This document shows, piece by piece, positions 1 through 13,424 of a DNA stretch of 64,000 bases. Below the pieces are notes generated by a model, which saw only the letters and a list, made by a program, of their open reading frames with translations, had not been told where the DNA came from and searched no databases. Numbering within the stretch: the stretch's first letter is position 1; each line of letters opens with the position of its first letter. Source of the DNA: Mobula hypostoma (taxonomy: Eukaryota); NCBI RefSeq assembly GCF_963921235.1, contig NC_086108.1, positions 96,350,001 through 96,414,000 on the forward strand, in the 5' to 3' direction. The position numbers and the translations under genes were made by a program.

Positions 1-632
1 ATGCTCCAAATACAGCCTCAAAGTTCTATACAGCTGCAGCATGACTTCAAGTCATAGTCAAATCCCCCAACTGACAAAGGTGAGCGTGCCCCACTCTGAC
101 TTGCGTTGTCATTTTTAGGGAAATATGAAATTGAAATGAGTTGCTATGGCATCAAGGTCCTCACAGGAGTTAAATGGCTGACATGAATACAATGGGCTGA
201 ATGACCTCCTCCCTCCTAATTTGTTCAAGAATTTATAGAGCAGTACAGCACAGGAACAGGCACCAGCCCACTATTTTGTTTCAAACCATTTAAATTAGTA
301 ACCAAATGGTCAACTAAACTAATCCCTTACACCTACACAATGGCCATATCCTTCCATTTCCCTCACCTCCATATGCATATCTACACATCTTTAATGTATC
401 TGCCTCTGACACCACCACAGGCAGTGCATTCCAGGCATCAACTACCCTGTGTAAAAAAAGTTGCCCCCCCACACCCCCCCCCCATCTCCCTCTCTCACCT
501 TAAATGTATGCCTTCTGGTATTAGATATTTCAACCCCAGGAAAAAGGAACTGTCTGGGTATTCTATCTATACCCCTCAATCTTATTAACCTCAATCAGAT
601 CTCTCCTCAGCCTTCACCACTCCAGAGAAATC

Positions 633-1001
633 TGTTACACAAGCATGGCAGCAGACAAACCCAAATGCAGAACACAGGCCCAGGGGCAGAGTCAGAAGGC
701 ATTATTGCCATAGCAAGCAAGGAATTAGTTTCCAGGAGAGTCTTTACCTGAAGTCTTGGATTTGGAGAGCAATGCTAGACTTAGAACTAAGAACCATGAA
801 ACAAAGTTACTCACAGCAGAGACAACCAACAAACTAGCAACTCCTTGTTGTGATCACAGGGTCTTTATCCTGCATTTTCTGATGGAAAGCAGGTGTGTGT
901 AGTTGTGGAACCTGGGAATGATTGGAAATTAAACGAGGGGATTGAGGCCCAATTCCTGAGGTAAGTAGTAAGGTGGAGGATTGCCAGAAGGGACCCTGAC
1001 A
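633..1001. mobile_element. Probable solo LTR interrupting a CR1 3' fragment
   Basis: Starts TGTTA and ends TGACA (TG...CA termini). Flanked by AAATC (628-632) and AAAGC (1002-1006), a 5-bp TSD with 1 mismatch. The CR1-like sequence 'cactccagagaaa...cagccc' resumes on the other side. Confidence 0.55.
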
Positions 1002-1154
1002 AAAGCAGCCCACATTTGCCCAACCGTTCATTATAGCACATGCTCTTTTATCCAGGCAGCATATCGGTAAACCTTTTTTGCATCCTCCAAAGCCTCGACA
1101 TCCTTCCTATAATGAGGCAGCCAAAACTGGATGCGATACTCCAGATGCAGCCTA

Positions 1155-1568
1155 TTTACTTACTTCCCATGGTATTTAGGGCAGCAATGAAGGTTCTCCA
1201 TGTCTTGTGCTGTTCAGGGTTTCCTTCATCATGTCAGTAGCTTCCTCTTGGTTTTCACTACTGTCAGTCACACAAGTCCTGAGTGGAGGGTCAGGATTAC
1301 CATCACACTCAGATGTAGAAGGATTCTTCATTGCTGCCTATGTAACAATCTTGTTTTACCAATCAGAGTTGTTAGCCCTGAGCTGACCCACAACTTGGAG
1401 GACCAATGGACCACTCTTATTCTGGTCTTAACCCTATGACCTCTTTGGCATGGGTGACCCTACCAAGAGCCAAAGCATAAAGCCCTGACTCCAGCCAACA
1501 TAGCTCTCCGGATCATTGAGACACGCAAGCCTCTAATCCCTACGACAAAGTTGTGGTGTCCTTGGAGG
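1155..1568 (-). mobile_element. Non-autonomous bipartite RTE (Expander/BovB-like) element: 5'UTR joined to 3' end
   Basis: 12-bp TSD AGATGCAGCCTA (1143-1154, 1569-1580). Minus strand starts with an RTE 5'UTR-like motif (ttgtcgtagggattagaggcttgcgtgtctcaatgatcc..gagctatg) and ends in an (AAGT)n-like tail. No ORF. Confidence 0.7.
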
Positions 1569-2029
1569 AGATGCAGCCTAATTAGTGTTTTATAAAGCTG
1601 CTAGTTTTGTGAATGATTATGATTGGAGACCAAAAGATTTTAAAGTACTTAATCATTATTTTTGACGGGCTGAACAGTTTTTCTCATCTCTTTTTATCTT
1701 GTGACCTTCTGAATTGATTTGTGTTGTTCAGAAAATGAACTATAAAGCTATTTTGTTTTACACAATACATGACTCTGCGGACTACCAACTTAACTTGAAG
1801 GATGGATCAGGAAAGTCACACGTATTAGCTGAAGCCAAGGATGATCTATACCAGAAAACAGATGGGATGCAAAATCATTACTCATTACATGAGGGACCTC
1901 ACAGAAAACGTTACAACCATATCCCAAACCTCAGGAAGTTGCCACTTCTCGAGGTACACCCTTACAACGGTAAGTAATAAAATAGTGAATGGATAGCCAG
2001 AGACTTTTTCCCAGGGTGGAAATGGCTAA

Positions 2030-2695
2030 CACACACAAAATGCAGCTGGTCAAGCAGCATCTATGGAAAGGAATACACAGTCAACATTCCGGGCCGAGAC
2101 CCTTCATCGGGACTGGAAAGGAAAGGGGAAGAAGCCAAAATAAGAAGGTGGGGGGTGGGGGGTGGGGGGTGGGGGGAGGGGAAGGAGTACAAGCTAGATG
2201 GTGATAGGTGAAGCCGGATTGGTGGGGGAGGGTTGATAAAGTGAGGAGCTGGGAGGTGATAGGTGGAGGTGAAAAGACTGAGGAATGAAGAATCTGATAG
2301 GAAAAGAGAGTGGACCAATGGAGAAAGGGGAAGAGGAGAGGCCACAGGGGAAAGTAATAGGCAGCTGACAAGAGAAGAGGTAAGAGGGGAGTCAATGTGG
2401 TGTATGGGAAAAGAGGGAAGGGGAAGGAGAAGGAGAAATTACCAGAAGTTAGAGAAATCTTATGTTCATGCATCTGGTTGAAGAATGGAAATTAGAGAAA
2501 TTGATGTCATTGAGGTCAACTGCAGATTCCTTTCCATAGGTTTTGCTTGACCTGCTGAGTTCCTCCAACATTTTGTGGCCTAAAACGTCAACTGTTCATT
2601 CATTTCCATAGATGCCGCCTGATCTGCTGAGTTCTTCCAGCATTTTGTGTGTGTTGCTCTGGGTTTCCAGCATCTGCAGAATCTCTTATGTTTTT
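2030..2695. mobile_element. Non-autonomous Penelope-like fold-back insertion (inverted pseudo-LTR pieces)
   Basis: 11-bp TSD GAAATGGCTAA (2019-2029, 2696-2706). Inverted copies of the pLTR end. Degenerate hammerhead motif near 2078-2115 (-). Confidence 0.75.
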
Positions 2696-2892
2696 GAAAT
2701 GGCTAATGCAAGGGGATTAAAGGAAAGTATGGAGGAGGGGATGTCGGAGGTAAGTTTTTTACACGGAGACTGGAATGCCCTGCTGGGGGTAGAGGCAGAT
2801 ACATTAAGTTCCTTGGCATACACATCACCGAGGATCTCATATGGTCTGAACATACCGGCTGGGTGGTGAAAAAAGCACAACAGCGCCTCTTT

Positions 2893-4700
2893 CATAGAAA
2901 CATAGAAAATAGGTGCAGGAGTAGGCCATTCGGCCCTTCGAGCCTGCACCGCCATTTGTTATGATCATGGCTGATCATCCAACTCAGAACCCTGCCCCAG
3001 CCTTCCCTCCATACCCCCTGACCCCCGTAGCCACAAGGGCCATATCTAACTCCCTCTTAAATATAGCCAATGAACTGGCCTCAACTGTTTCCCGTGGCAG
3101 AGAATTCCACAGATTCACCACTCTGTGTGTGAAGAAGTTTTTCCTAATCTCGGTCCTAAAAGGCTTCCCCTCTATCCTCAAACTGTGGCCCCTCGTTTTG
3201 GACTTCCCCAACATCGGGAACAATCTTCCTGCATCTAGCCTGTCCAATTCCTTTAGGATCTTATACGTTTCAATCAGATCCCCCCTCAATCTTCTAAATT
3301 CCAACGAGTACAAGCCCAGTTCATCCTGTCTTTCTTCATATGAAAGTCCTGCCATCCCAGGAATCAATCTGGTGAACCTTCTTTGTACTCCCTCTATGGC
3401 AAAGATGTCTTTCCTCAGATTAGGGGACCAAAACTGCACACAATACTCCAGGTGTGGTCTCACCAAGGCCTTGTACAACTGCAGTACTACCTCCCTGCTC
3501 CTGTACTCGAATCCTCTCGCTATAAATGCCAGCATACCATTCGCCTTTTTCACCGCCTGCTGTACCTGCATGCCCACTTTCAATGACTGGTGTATAATGA
3601 CACCCAGGTCTCGTTGCACCTCCCCTTTTCCTAATCGGCCACCATTCAGATAATAATCTGTTTTCCTATTTTTGCCACCAAAGTGGATAACTTCACATTT
3701 ATCCACATTAAATTGCATCTGCCATGAATTTGCCTACTCACCCAACCTATCCAAGTCACTCTGCATCCTCATAGCATCCTCCTCACTGCTAACACTGCCA
3801 CCCAGCTTTGTGTCTTCCACAAACTTAGAGATGCTGCATTTAATTCCCTCATCCAAGTCATTACTATATATTGTAAACAACTGGGGTCCCAGCACTGAGC
3901 CTTGCGGTACCCCACTAGTCACTGCCTGCCATTCTGAAAAGGTCCCGTTTATTCCCACTCTTTGCTTCCTGTCTGCTAACCAATTCTCCATCCACATCAA
4001 TACCTTACCCCCAATACCGTGTGCTTTAAGTTTGCACACTAATCTCCTGTGTGGGACCTTGTCAAAAGCCTTCTGAAAATCCAAATATACCACATCCACT
4101 GGTTCTCCCCTATCCACTCTACTAGTTACATCCTCAAAAAATTCTATGAGATTCGTCAGACATGATTTTCCTTTCACAAATCCATGCTGACTTTGTCCGA
4201 TCATTTCACCGCTTTCCAAATGTGCTGTTATCATATCTTTGATAACTGACTCCAGCAGTTTCCCCACCACCGACGTTAGGCTAACCGGTCTATAATTCCC
4301 CGGTTTCTCTCTCCCTCCTTTTTTAAAAAGTGGAGTTATATTAGCCACCCTCCAATCCTCAGGAACTAGTCCAGAATCTAACGAGTTTTGAAAACTTATC
4401 ACTAATGCATCCACTATTTCTTGGGCTACTTCCTTAAGCACTCTAGGATGCAGACCAGCTGGCCCTGGGGATTTATCTGCCTTCAATCCCTTCAATTTAC
4501 CCAACACCACTTCCCTACCAACATGTATTTCGCTCAGTTCCTCCATCTCACTGGACCCTCTGTCCCCTACTATTTCTGGAAGATTATTTATGTCCTCCTT
4601 AGTGAAGACAGAACCAAAGTAATTATTCAATTGGTCTGCCATGTCCTTGCTCCCCATAATCAATTCACCTGTTTCTGTCTGTAGGGGACCTACATTTGTC
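2893..4700 (-). mobile_element. Young 5'-truncated CR1 LINE (RT domain + 3'UTR)
   Basis: ORFs 3734-4849 and 2984-3718 carry KSPGP-GLHP, NYRPVSLTS, YLDFQKAFDKVPH, SGVPQGSVLGP, LYKALVRPHLEYC. One nonsense codon (W->TAG at 3734-3736). FADD motif changed to FVED. (TTTCTATG)n tail. Confidence 0.95.
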
Positions 4701-6029
4701 AAATAGCAAATGTGTATGAAAATGTTTCCATTAGCAGGGGAGTCTAGGACCAGGGGGCACAGCCTCAGAATAGAAAAATGTCCCATTAGAGTAGAGATGA
4801 GGAGGAATTTCTTTAGCCGGGGCGGTGAATCTCTGGAATTCATTGCCACAGATGGCTGTGGAAGGCAAGTCGTTGGGTGTACATAAAGTGGAGGTTGACA
4901 GGTTCTTAATTAGTCAGGGCATCAATGGTTACGATAAGAAGGCAGGAGAATGGGGCTGAGAGGGATAATAAATCACCTGTAACGGAATGGCGAAGCAAAC
5001 CCAATGGGCCAAATTTGACTCCCATGCCTGATGGTCTTGAGTGTGAACATGGAGAAATGGTACAGGAGGTGGCCATTCTGCCCTTTGGGCAACACCGAGG
5101 AGTCACTAATAGAGCTGCTGTCTCATAGTGAGAGAGACCTGGCTCAGTCCTTTCCTCTGATGTTAACCATGTGGAGTTTGCATGCTCCCCTTTTTCCTAT
5201 GGGTTTCTACAGATGCTGAGGTTTCACAAAGTCACGCAGCATGGGGACCAGCCCTGAGGCCCATCTGGTCCATGCTGACCAAGTTGTCAAACTGAGCTAG
5301 AGCCATTTGCAAGTCCTCGGTCCATTTTCCTCTAAACCTCTCCTATCTGTGTACAATGTCCATATAGCTTTTAAATGTTGTTAATATACCTGACTCAACC
5401 ATTTCCTCTGGCAGCACATTCCATATACTGACAACCCTGAAAAAGTTACCTTTTGGGTTCCTATTAAATCTCTCCCCTCTCACTTTAAACCTGTGCCCTC
5501 CAGTTCTTGAACATCGTCAAGTTCCTAGTAAATCTCCCCCTATCACCTTAAACCTATTCCTCAATGCTGGGAACGTTCTTGGTCCCCCAATGCTGGGAAA
5601 AAGACTGAATGCCTTGATCCTACCTACACCCCTCATGATTTCATATTCTCCTTATTCTCCCATGCTCCAATAAAACCTGCCCAACCTCTCTTCATAAACT
5701 CTCTCCCACAGGTCCCAGCAATGTCTTCATAAATCTCCTCTGCACTCTTTCCAGCTTAATGACATCTTTCCAGTAGAAGGGAGGCACAACTGATTACAAT
5801 ATGGCAAATTTCCACAGACCGTGCAAGTTAATCAGATGCTGTAGATTGTTCCCTGAGAGCAGCAGAATCTTGTGAAGCTGGTGGGAATGCGTGCAGAATA
5901 AACTGTGTATGACTGGTAGAGATGGATGTTTGATGTTCCATACAGACAAGAGAACTGAAGATTAGGTGTATTTGTCACATACACATCGAAGCATTGAAGC
6001 ATACAGTGAAAGGTGGTGTTTTGTTTGCA

Positions 6030-6600
6030 TCAATAACAGGGATATGCTAGGGGCTGCCTGCGAGTATCGCCACACTTCCAATGCCAACATAGCATGGCCA
6101 CACCCACTACACCTAACCCGTATATCTGTGGGCTCGTGGCCAAGTGGTTAAGGCATTGGACTAGCGATCTGAAGGTCGTGAGTTCGAGCCCCAGCCAAGG
6201 CAGTGTGTTGTGTCTTTGAGCAAGGCACTTAACCACACATTGCTCTGCGACAACACTGGTGCCAAGCTGTATGGGTCCTAATGCCCTTCCCTTCAACAAC
6301 GTCGGTGTCGTGGAGAGGGGAGATTTGCGGCGTGGGCAACTGCCGGTCCTCCATACAACCATGCCCAGGCCTGCGCCCTGGAGAGTAAAGACTCTCCAGG
6401 CGCAGATCCACAGTCTCGCAAGACTAACGGATGCCTTTATTTATTTTATGTCTTTGGAATGTGCGGGGAGACTGAAGCACCCGGACGAAACCCATTTGGT
6501 CACTGGGAGAATGTACAAACTCCTTACAGACAGTGCTGGGAATTGAACGCTGATCTTCCAGAGGCGCTGCAAAGCATTGCACTAACCACTATGTTACTGT
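6030..6600 (-). mobile_element. V-domain (HE1/Mermaid-like) SINE, split by a younger SINE
   Basis: V-domain reverse complement 'tctttggaatgtg..gcacccgga..aaaccca..ggtcactgggagaatgtacaaactcc'. Further copies near 27890-28160, 37450-38010, 50290-50520, 58460-58680, 61500-61850 and 63900-64000 (-). Confidence 0.75.
6131..6446 (+). mobile_element. tRNA-derived CORE-type SINE
   Basis: A box TGGCCAAGTGG (6137-6147), B box GTTCGAGCC (6182-6190), CORE-like gtgtctttgagcaaggcacttaacc, (TTTA)n tail, degenerate TSD tatatctgtgg/tatgtctttgg. Confidence 0.8.
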
Positions 6601-6734
6601 GCTATATATCCCATTGTCTTCTCTGCAAGTGTCTCACCACGGCCCAGTGTAACTGCTGGAAGACCTTCCTTCTGTACTCACATTCCCCTGCCCTAAAAAG
6701 CCAATTTCCTTCTTAATTGCTTTCCGTCCTGTCT

Positions 6735-6927
6735 AGCAGCGACACTCATTCCGCTGTCAGAGTCACTCAGATCACATTTCTTCCCCCATTCTGATGTTTG
6801 GTGTGAACAACAACTCAACCTGTCTGCATGCTTTTGTGCACTGAGTTGCTGCCACATGATTGGCCGATTAGATATTAGCGTTAACGAGCAGGTGTGCAGG
6901 TGTACCTAATGGAGTGGCCGCTGAGTG
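6735..6927. mobile_element. Right-end fragment of Tc1-type non-autonomous element
   Basis: Ends gtacctaatggagtggccgctgagtg followed by TA. Homologous to 51620-51809. Confidence 0.7.
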
Positions 6928-8489
6928 TAAATTGTGCATTTGTGACTTCTGCGCCACAGCCGTCTATGATTGTAATGTTTACCATTACTGAAAGCCGGCG
7001 TACAGCAATAACTGCGAGAGTCTGTTGTTGCATAATTACAATCGTATGGAGCATTTTTATGAAGACTAGCCTGTCTGGGATGATGTACAACGTGGCACTA
7101 GAATACTCCCAACTATGGCTCCTGCAAACTATGTCCATCTGGTACACACAGTACCAAGCTGTGAGAGCAGTGAAAGTGGAAGGGCATTTACTGGCCTGTC
7201 GCACCTGGTGATGTTCACAAATGAACCAATTCCGTCACGTAGAGCTCCACAGCACAATACAGGCCCTTCGGCCCACAATGTTGTGTAAACTTTTAACCTG
7301 CTATAAGATCAAACTCACTCTTCTCTCCTACATGACCCTCCATTTTTCTAGCATCCATGTGCTTTCCTAAGAGTCTCTTAAATGTCCCTAATGCACCTGT
7401 CTCTACCACTACCGCTGGTAGCACGTTCCACGCACCCACCACTCTCTGTGTACAAAACTTATCTCTGATGTTCCCCATATGCTTTACCCCAATCACCTCA
7501 AAACTATGCCCCCTCATATCTGCCACTGCTGCCCTGGGAAAAGGTGCTGGCCGTCCACTCAATTTATGCCTCTTATTATTTTGTATACCTCTATCAAATC
7601 ACCTCTCATTCTCCTTCCCTCCAAAGAGAAAAGACCTAGCTCACATGCTCTCTAATTCAGGCTGCTTCCTAGTAAATCTCCTGGTAGGGTGATCCATGCA
7701 GTCGCCACTCTATGTTTTAAAAAATAAAATCACCTCTGATATTCCCCCTATGCTTTCTTCCAATCATTTAAAAATTATGCCCCCTCATATTAGCCATTTC
7801 CACTTGGAGAAAGAAAAATAAGTTTCTGGCTGTCCACTTGATTTATGATTCTTATCATCTTGTACACCTTTATCAAGTCATCCCTCATCCTCCTTCACTC
7901 CAAAGAGAAAAGCCCTAACTCAGCATGTTTATCAGGATTATTTCAAATCTGCTAATTAGGGGATAGGCCACGGAAGCAATTAAATCAAGAAAAACTCACA
8001 TTCTTGAGGGATGAGAACCTGGCTAGTGGAGGGAAGGAGCACCTTACACCTCCTTTGGTAGAGACGTATCTCCACCCTGCCACCCTGGTGTATATAGTTC
8101 TTTTTCGTCAATTCTATTGTAATTCTTTATTTTCCTGTAAATGCCTGCAAGAAAAGGAACCTCAAGGTAATATAACGTGATGTATATGTAATTTCATAAT
8201 AAATTTACTTTGGCCTTCTTTGACCTTTGTGTACTGAGACACAGTGGAAAACTTTGGAAGACAACAGTGGATCATGCAATGAACTCAATCGTCAGATAAT
8301 GTGACCATTTTACCTGTTATTATTATTATTGTTGGCTGCAACACTTCCCATGCTATCTCAGCCCTTCCTTGAAACAGCGCAGTGGCATCCTATACACCCA
8401 GGGGTGCAGACAGGCCTTGAACTGACACCTCTTCTGAAGGACAACACCTCCAGCAGTGCAAGACTCCAGCAGTACGGCATCGCACTGTC

Positions 8490-9135
8490 CAAAGTTCAAA
8501 ATAAAAAATTCAAAGTACATTTATTTTCTAAGTATGTGCATGTCACCATATATTACTTTGATATTCATTTTCTTGCAGGCATTTTGCAGGAAAATAAAGA
8601 AATGCAATAAATTTTATGAATAACGATGCTTTACAAAAACTGACGAATATCAGGTGTTAAAAAGAAGACAAATAATAAATATAAAAAAGTAAATAAATAA
8701 TACCGAGAACATGAATTGTAGAATCCTTGAAAGTGAGTCCATAGGTTTTGGAGTCAGCTGATTGTTGAGGTGAGTGAAGTTATCCACTCTGGTTCAAGAG
8801 CTTGATAGTTGTAGGGTAATAACTGTTCCTGAACCTGGTGGTATGGGACCTAAAACTCTTGTACGTCCTTCCTGATGGCAGACGTGAGAAGAGAGTATGG
8901 CCCAGATGGTGGAGCTTCCTGATGATGGATACTGCTTTCTTGCATCAGCACTGCTTGGAAACATGCTCAAGCAGGGGCAGGGCTTTGCCTTTGATGGACT
9001 GGGCTGTATCCACTCCTTTATGTTGGCTTTTCCATTCCTGGGCATTCGTGTTTCCATACCTGGCCATGATACAACCAGTCAGTATACTCTCCACCGTGCA
9101 TCTATGGAAATTTGTCAAAGTTTTATATGGACATG
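8490..9135 (-). mobile_element. Rex1/Babar LINE 3' fragment
   Basis: Translation LTNFHRCTVESILTGCIMARYGN matches the Rex1 RT C-terminal motif. Typical 3'UTR follows. Confidence 0.8.
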
Positions 9136-10101
9136 TTAGATTCTCTTTCCTTTCTCCCACCACAATGCCTTTCCTGAGGAAATTTTACATTCACTTGAGA
9201 GGTTTAATGGTTCGATGCAAAGTGCACACTCCTAACAGTGTTCCATACTGTTAGTGCTACACCAAGGTGAGGGTCCAGATTATGCACCTTGGACTCTGAA
9301 GTGGGTTTGAACAAGACAGAGACAAGACTCCTCTCAACCTTGTCGTAGCTGAACTGTGCCTTGGTTCAGAAAATGAGTCTCAGTGGAGTCAATGGATCAA
9401 ATGAGTGGCAGGGAGAATCCAACCACAGAGGAATTTATGGGGATGAATGATTTGCAACGTTCTTGAAAACCAAAGCAGACTGCGACATGATATAGCAGAT
9501 AATCTCAGCAAGGCAGTGAGAAAATAAACAGAAGTGTGCACGAAGAGCAGGCGAGGATGAGAGGCCCACCCAAGGAAAAGGAGAAGGAGAGGGTGGAAGC
9601 TGTGGGAAAAGAACTCTGAGGAACTGCAGATGGAAATCTAAGTGAAAACAGAAACGCTGGAGAAACACAAGGGGTCAGAGAGAGAAAGAGACAAAGCCAA
9701 GATTCGTTGTAATTATGCAATTAGATCATTTTAATGTAGAAAGCTGAAATTGCTCCCATGCATATTGTTAAGAAACATGCCTTCCTGTCATCCATGTAGT
9801 CTCCAAACTGACCAGGGAAATGCACACGGATGTAGTTACTGGCACCGAGATTCTCTTTAGTTGTGAGCAATCTTCTTTTTCTTGTCTTCCTTTGCCAATG
9901 ACACAAGTAGGCACAGTGGATAATACATGGTTCTTGTAGGATTGGCATTCAGAAAGACCACCCTGAGGACTCGGTGAAGATGGTCCCAGTCCAGCAAGGT
10001 CTGGAGGATAGAGGCTGTATTGCAGACCCATTCTCAGCTTCAGATGTTCAACACTGAAGGACAAAGATTCACTAAGTGCCTCTTGCCTTTGATCAATATG
10101 T

Positions 10102-10345
10102 TTCTTCTTCTTAAGCCCATCACCCCTGTTGGGACATAGGCCACCAACAACAGCTCACCAGAGTCCTCTATCCTGGGCCAGTCTTTCAAGTTGTCCCCAG
10201 GTGTAGTCCATATTCTAGTTCCTTCCTCGCCCAGGGATGAGGAGTTTAGAACTTCTGTTGGCATTTCTGTAGAACTGGGTTTCTACAGGATGGGTTACTA
10301 ACCACATGCCCAACCCTCCTCGTCTAGCAGCTGGGCTTGGGTGGT
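10102..10345 (-). mobile_element. Short non-autonomous RTE-derived element (same family as 26758-27030)
   Basis: Minus strand: cccaagcccagctgctagacgaggagggttgggcatgtggttagtaacccatcctgtagaaac ... LAQDRGLW-like RTE 3' end ... gggcttaagaagaagaa tail. Confidence 0.7.
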
Positions 10346-10474
10346 TGATGCCAGCATTGCGCAATATATTTATAAGCCACTTATTTTACATAGAACATAG
10401 TGCAATACAGGAAGAGGGCCTCTGGCCCACAATGCCTATGCTGAACATGATACCAAATTAAACTCAACCTCTCT

Positions 10475-13250
10475 CAGACCACAAGACCATGAGCAGAATT
10501 AGGCCATACAGCCCATCAAATCTGCTCTGCCATTCCAACATGGCTGATTTATTATCCTTCTCAACCCCATTGTCCTGCCTTTTCCCTGTAAGCTTTGGCA
10601 CCCTGATTAACAAGAATCTATCAACCTCTGCTTTAAATGTATCCAATGACTTGACCTCCACAGATTCACAACCCTCTGGCTAAAGCATAACCTCCTCATC
10701 TCTGTTCTAAATGGACGTCCCTCTATTCTGAGGCTGTGCTGTCTCGTCCTAGACTCGCCCATTATAGGAAACATCCTCTCCACATCCACTCAGTCCAGGC
10801 CTTTCAATATTTGATAAGTTTCAATGAGATCCCCCCTTATTCTGCTAAACTCCCATGAGTACATGTCCAGAGCCATCAAATGCTCCTCTTTCATTCCTGG
10901 AATTATTCTGATGGACCCTCTCCAATGCCTGCACATATTTTCTTCGAAAAGAAGCCCAAAACTGTTCATTATACTCCAAGTGCAGCCTGACTAATATCTT
11001 ATAAAACTTCAGAATTACATCCTTGCCCTTATACTCTAGTCCTCTTGAAATGAATACTAACATTCCATTTGCCTTCACAAACAAGAGAAAATCTGCAGAT
11101 GCTGGAAATCTGAGCAACACACACAAAATGGTGGAGGAACTCAGCAGGCCAGGCAGCATCTAGGAAAAGAGCACAGTCAATATTTCAGGCTGAAACCCTT
11201 TGGCAGGCCAATTGCCTTCCTTACCATCAACTCAACCTGCAAGTTAACCTTTAGGGAATCCTGCACAAAGGCGACCAAGTCCCTTTGCACTTCTGATTTT
11301 TGAATTATCTCCCCTTTTAGAAAATATTCTATGCCTTTATTCCTTCTACCAAAGTGCATGACCATACATTTCCCTACACTATATTCCATCTGCTACTTCT
11401 TTTCTCATGCTCACAATCTGTCCAGGTCCTTCTGCAGACTCCCTCCTTCCTGAACACGACTTGCCCCTCCACCTATCTTTGTATCATCCGCATGTTTGGC
11501 CACAAAGCCATCAATTCTGTCATCCAAATCATTGACATATATGACAAATGACAAATCATTTTGCCTCCCTCCCTTTTAAAAGAGTGGAGTGACATTTGCA
11601 ATTTTCCAGTCCTCTGGAACCATTCCAGAATCTAGTGATTCTTGAAAGATCGTTTATAATGGCGCCACAATCTTTTCAGCAACCTCCTTGAACCCTGGGG
11701 TACAGTCCATCTGTTTCAGGTGATTTAACTACCTTCAGGCCTTTCAGCCTCTCAAGCACCTTCTCCTTAGTAATAGCATCTACACCCACTTTTGCCCCCT
11801 TGAATTTCTGGTATACTTCTAGTATCTTCCACAGTTAAAACTGACATGATCAAATTTATCTGCCATTTGTTTGTCCCCCATTACTACTCCAGTGTCATTT
11901 TCCAGCGGTCCAACATCCAATCTCACCTCTCTTTTACTCTTTATATATCCGAAAAACATTTGGTATCCTCTTTGATATTTTTGGCTAGCTTACCTTCATA
12001 TTACATCTTTTCCCTCATTTCTGTATTTTTAGTTGCCTTCTGTTGGTTTTTAAAAGTTTCCCAGTCCTCTAACTTCCCACTAATTTTTGCTCTATTATAT
12101 GCCCTCTCTTTTGTTTTTATGCTGTCTTTGACTTCCCTTGTCATCCATGGTTGCCTCATCCTCCCTTTAAAGTACATCTTCGTCTTTGAGACATATCTAT
12201 CCTGTGACTCCAGCTAACGTTCTTCAGCTATCATCCCCTTCCAATCAACTTTGGCCAGCTCCTCTCTCATGCCTCTGTAATTCCCTTTACTCCACTGTAA
12301 CACTGATGCATCTGACTTCAGCTTCGCCCTCTCAAAATGTAGGGTGAATTGTATCGCATTATGATCACTGTTTCCCAATGGTTCTTTTACCTTAATCTCC
12401 CTGAACAAATCAGGTTCATTGTACAACACCCTATCCAGAATTGCCTTTCCCCTCATGGGCTCAACCACAAACTGCTCTAAGATGCCACCTTGTAGACATT
12501 CTACAAATTCCCTCTCTTTGGATCCAGCACCAACCTGATATCCCCAATCTCTCTGGATATTGAAATTCCCTAAGACATTGTACTTATTACATGCCTTTTC
12601 CATTCCCCATTGATATTTATATGCCACATCCTGGCTACCGTTTCGAGTCCTGTAGATAACTCCCATTAGCGTCTTTTTACTCTTGCAGTTTCTTAAATCT
12701 ACCCACAACGATTCTACATCTTCCGAACTTATGTTACTTCTTTCAATTTCTACCAACAGAACCTCCACACCCCCTTTGCCTATCTGTCTGTCCTTTTGAT
12801 GCAAGAATGTTAAGCTCCCAACTATGATCTTCTTTCAGCCACATCTCAGTGACGCCCACAACATCCTACCTGCCAATCTCTAACTCCACTACAAGAACAT
12901 CTACCTTATTTTGTATACTGCATGCATTCAAATATAACACCTTCAATCCTGTATTTGTCACCATTTTCAATTTTGCCCCCACGTTACACTTCATGTCATC
13001 CCACTGACGCAATTTTGCTCTATCATCACCCCCTCACAGTCTCGCTACACGCTGCATTGACTTGCGTACCAACTGCCCCATCCTCAGCCCTATCACTCCA
13101 GTTTCTATTCCCCTGCCAAATAAGTTTAAACTCTCCCCAACAGCTCTAGGAAACCTGCCTGCAAGGAATTTGGTCCCCCTTGGGTTCAGGTGTAAGCCAT
13201 CCTTTTTGTACAGGTCATATTTTCCCCAGAAGAAATCCGAATGGTCCACG
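10475..13250 (-). mobile_element. Degenerate, internally deleted CR1 (esterase C-terminus, APE endonuclease, RT pieces, 3'UTR)
   Basis: DGLHLNPRG (13034-13249); ESLWVDLRN..GNFN..LGNSDHN (12214-12804); RT C-terminal pieces. Contains a Penelope pLTR insertion at 11077-11207 with TSD ccatttgccttc/ccaattgccttc. Confidence 0.9.
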
Positions 13251-13424
13251 TGATCAATATCCCTCCACTCCTTGCATGGTTATATGTCTATAGCACATTC
13301 CCTTAACGGCTATGAACATATCTGCCTCTTCCACTGCCATGTTCCAGGCACCTACCACTCTCTCCATAAATATGATCTCCTTTAAACTTTCCCTTCTCAC
13401 CTTAAATGCACATGCTCTTATAGG

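Noticed and set aside
893..966. Exon ending at GAG/GTAAGT (961)
   Set aside because: Lies within the probable solo LTR, has a weak acceptor and gives no recognisable peptide.
2961..4076. Long plus-strand ORFs (230 aa, 134 aa) and similar ones at 22464-23303
   Set aside because: Antisense shadows of CR1 ORF2.
6131..6200. tRNA gene
   Set aside because: A and B boxes are present but run on into a CORE domain, tail and TSD, so this is a SINE head.
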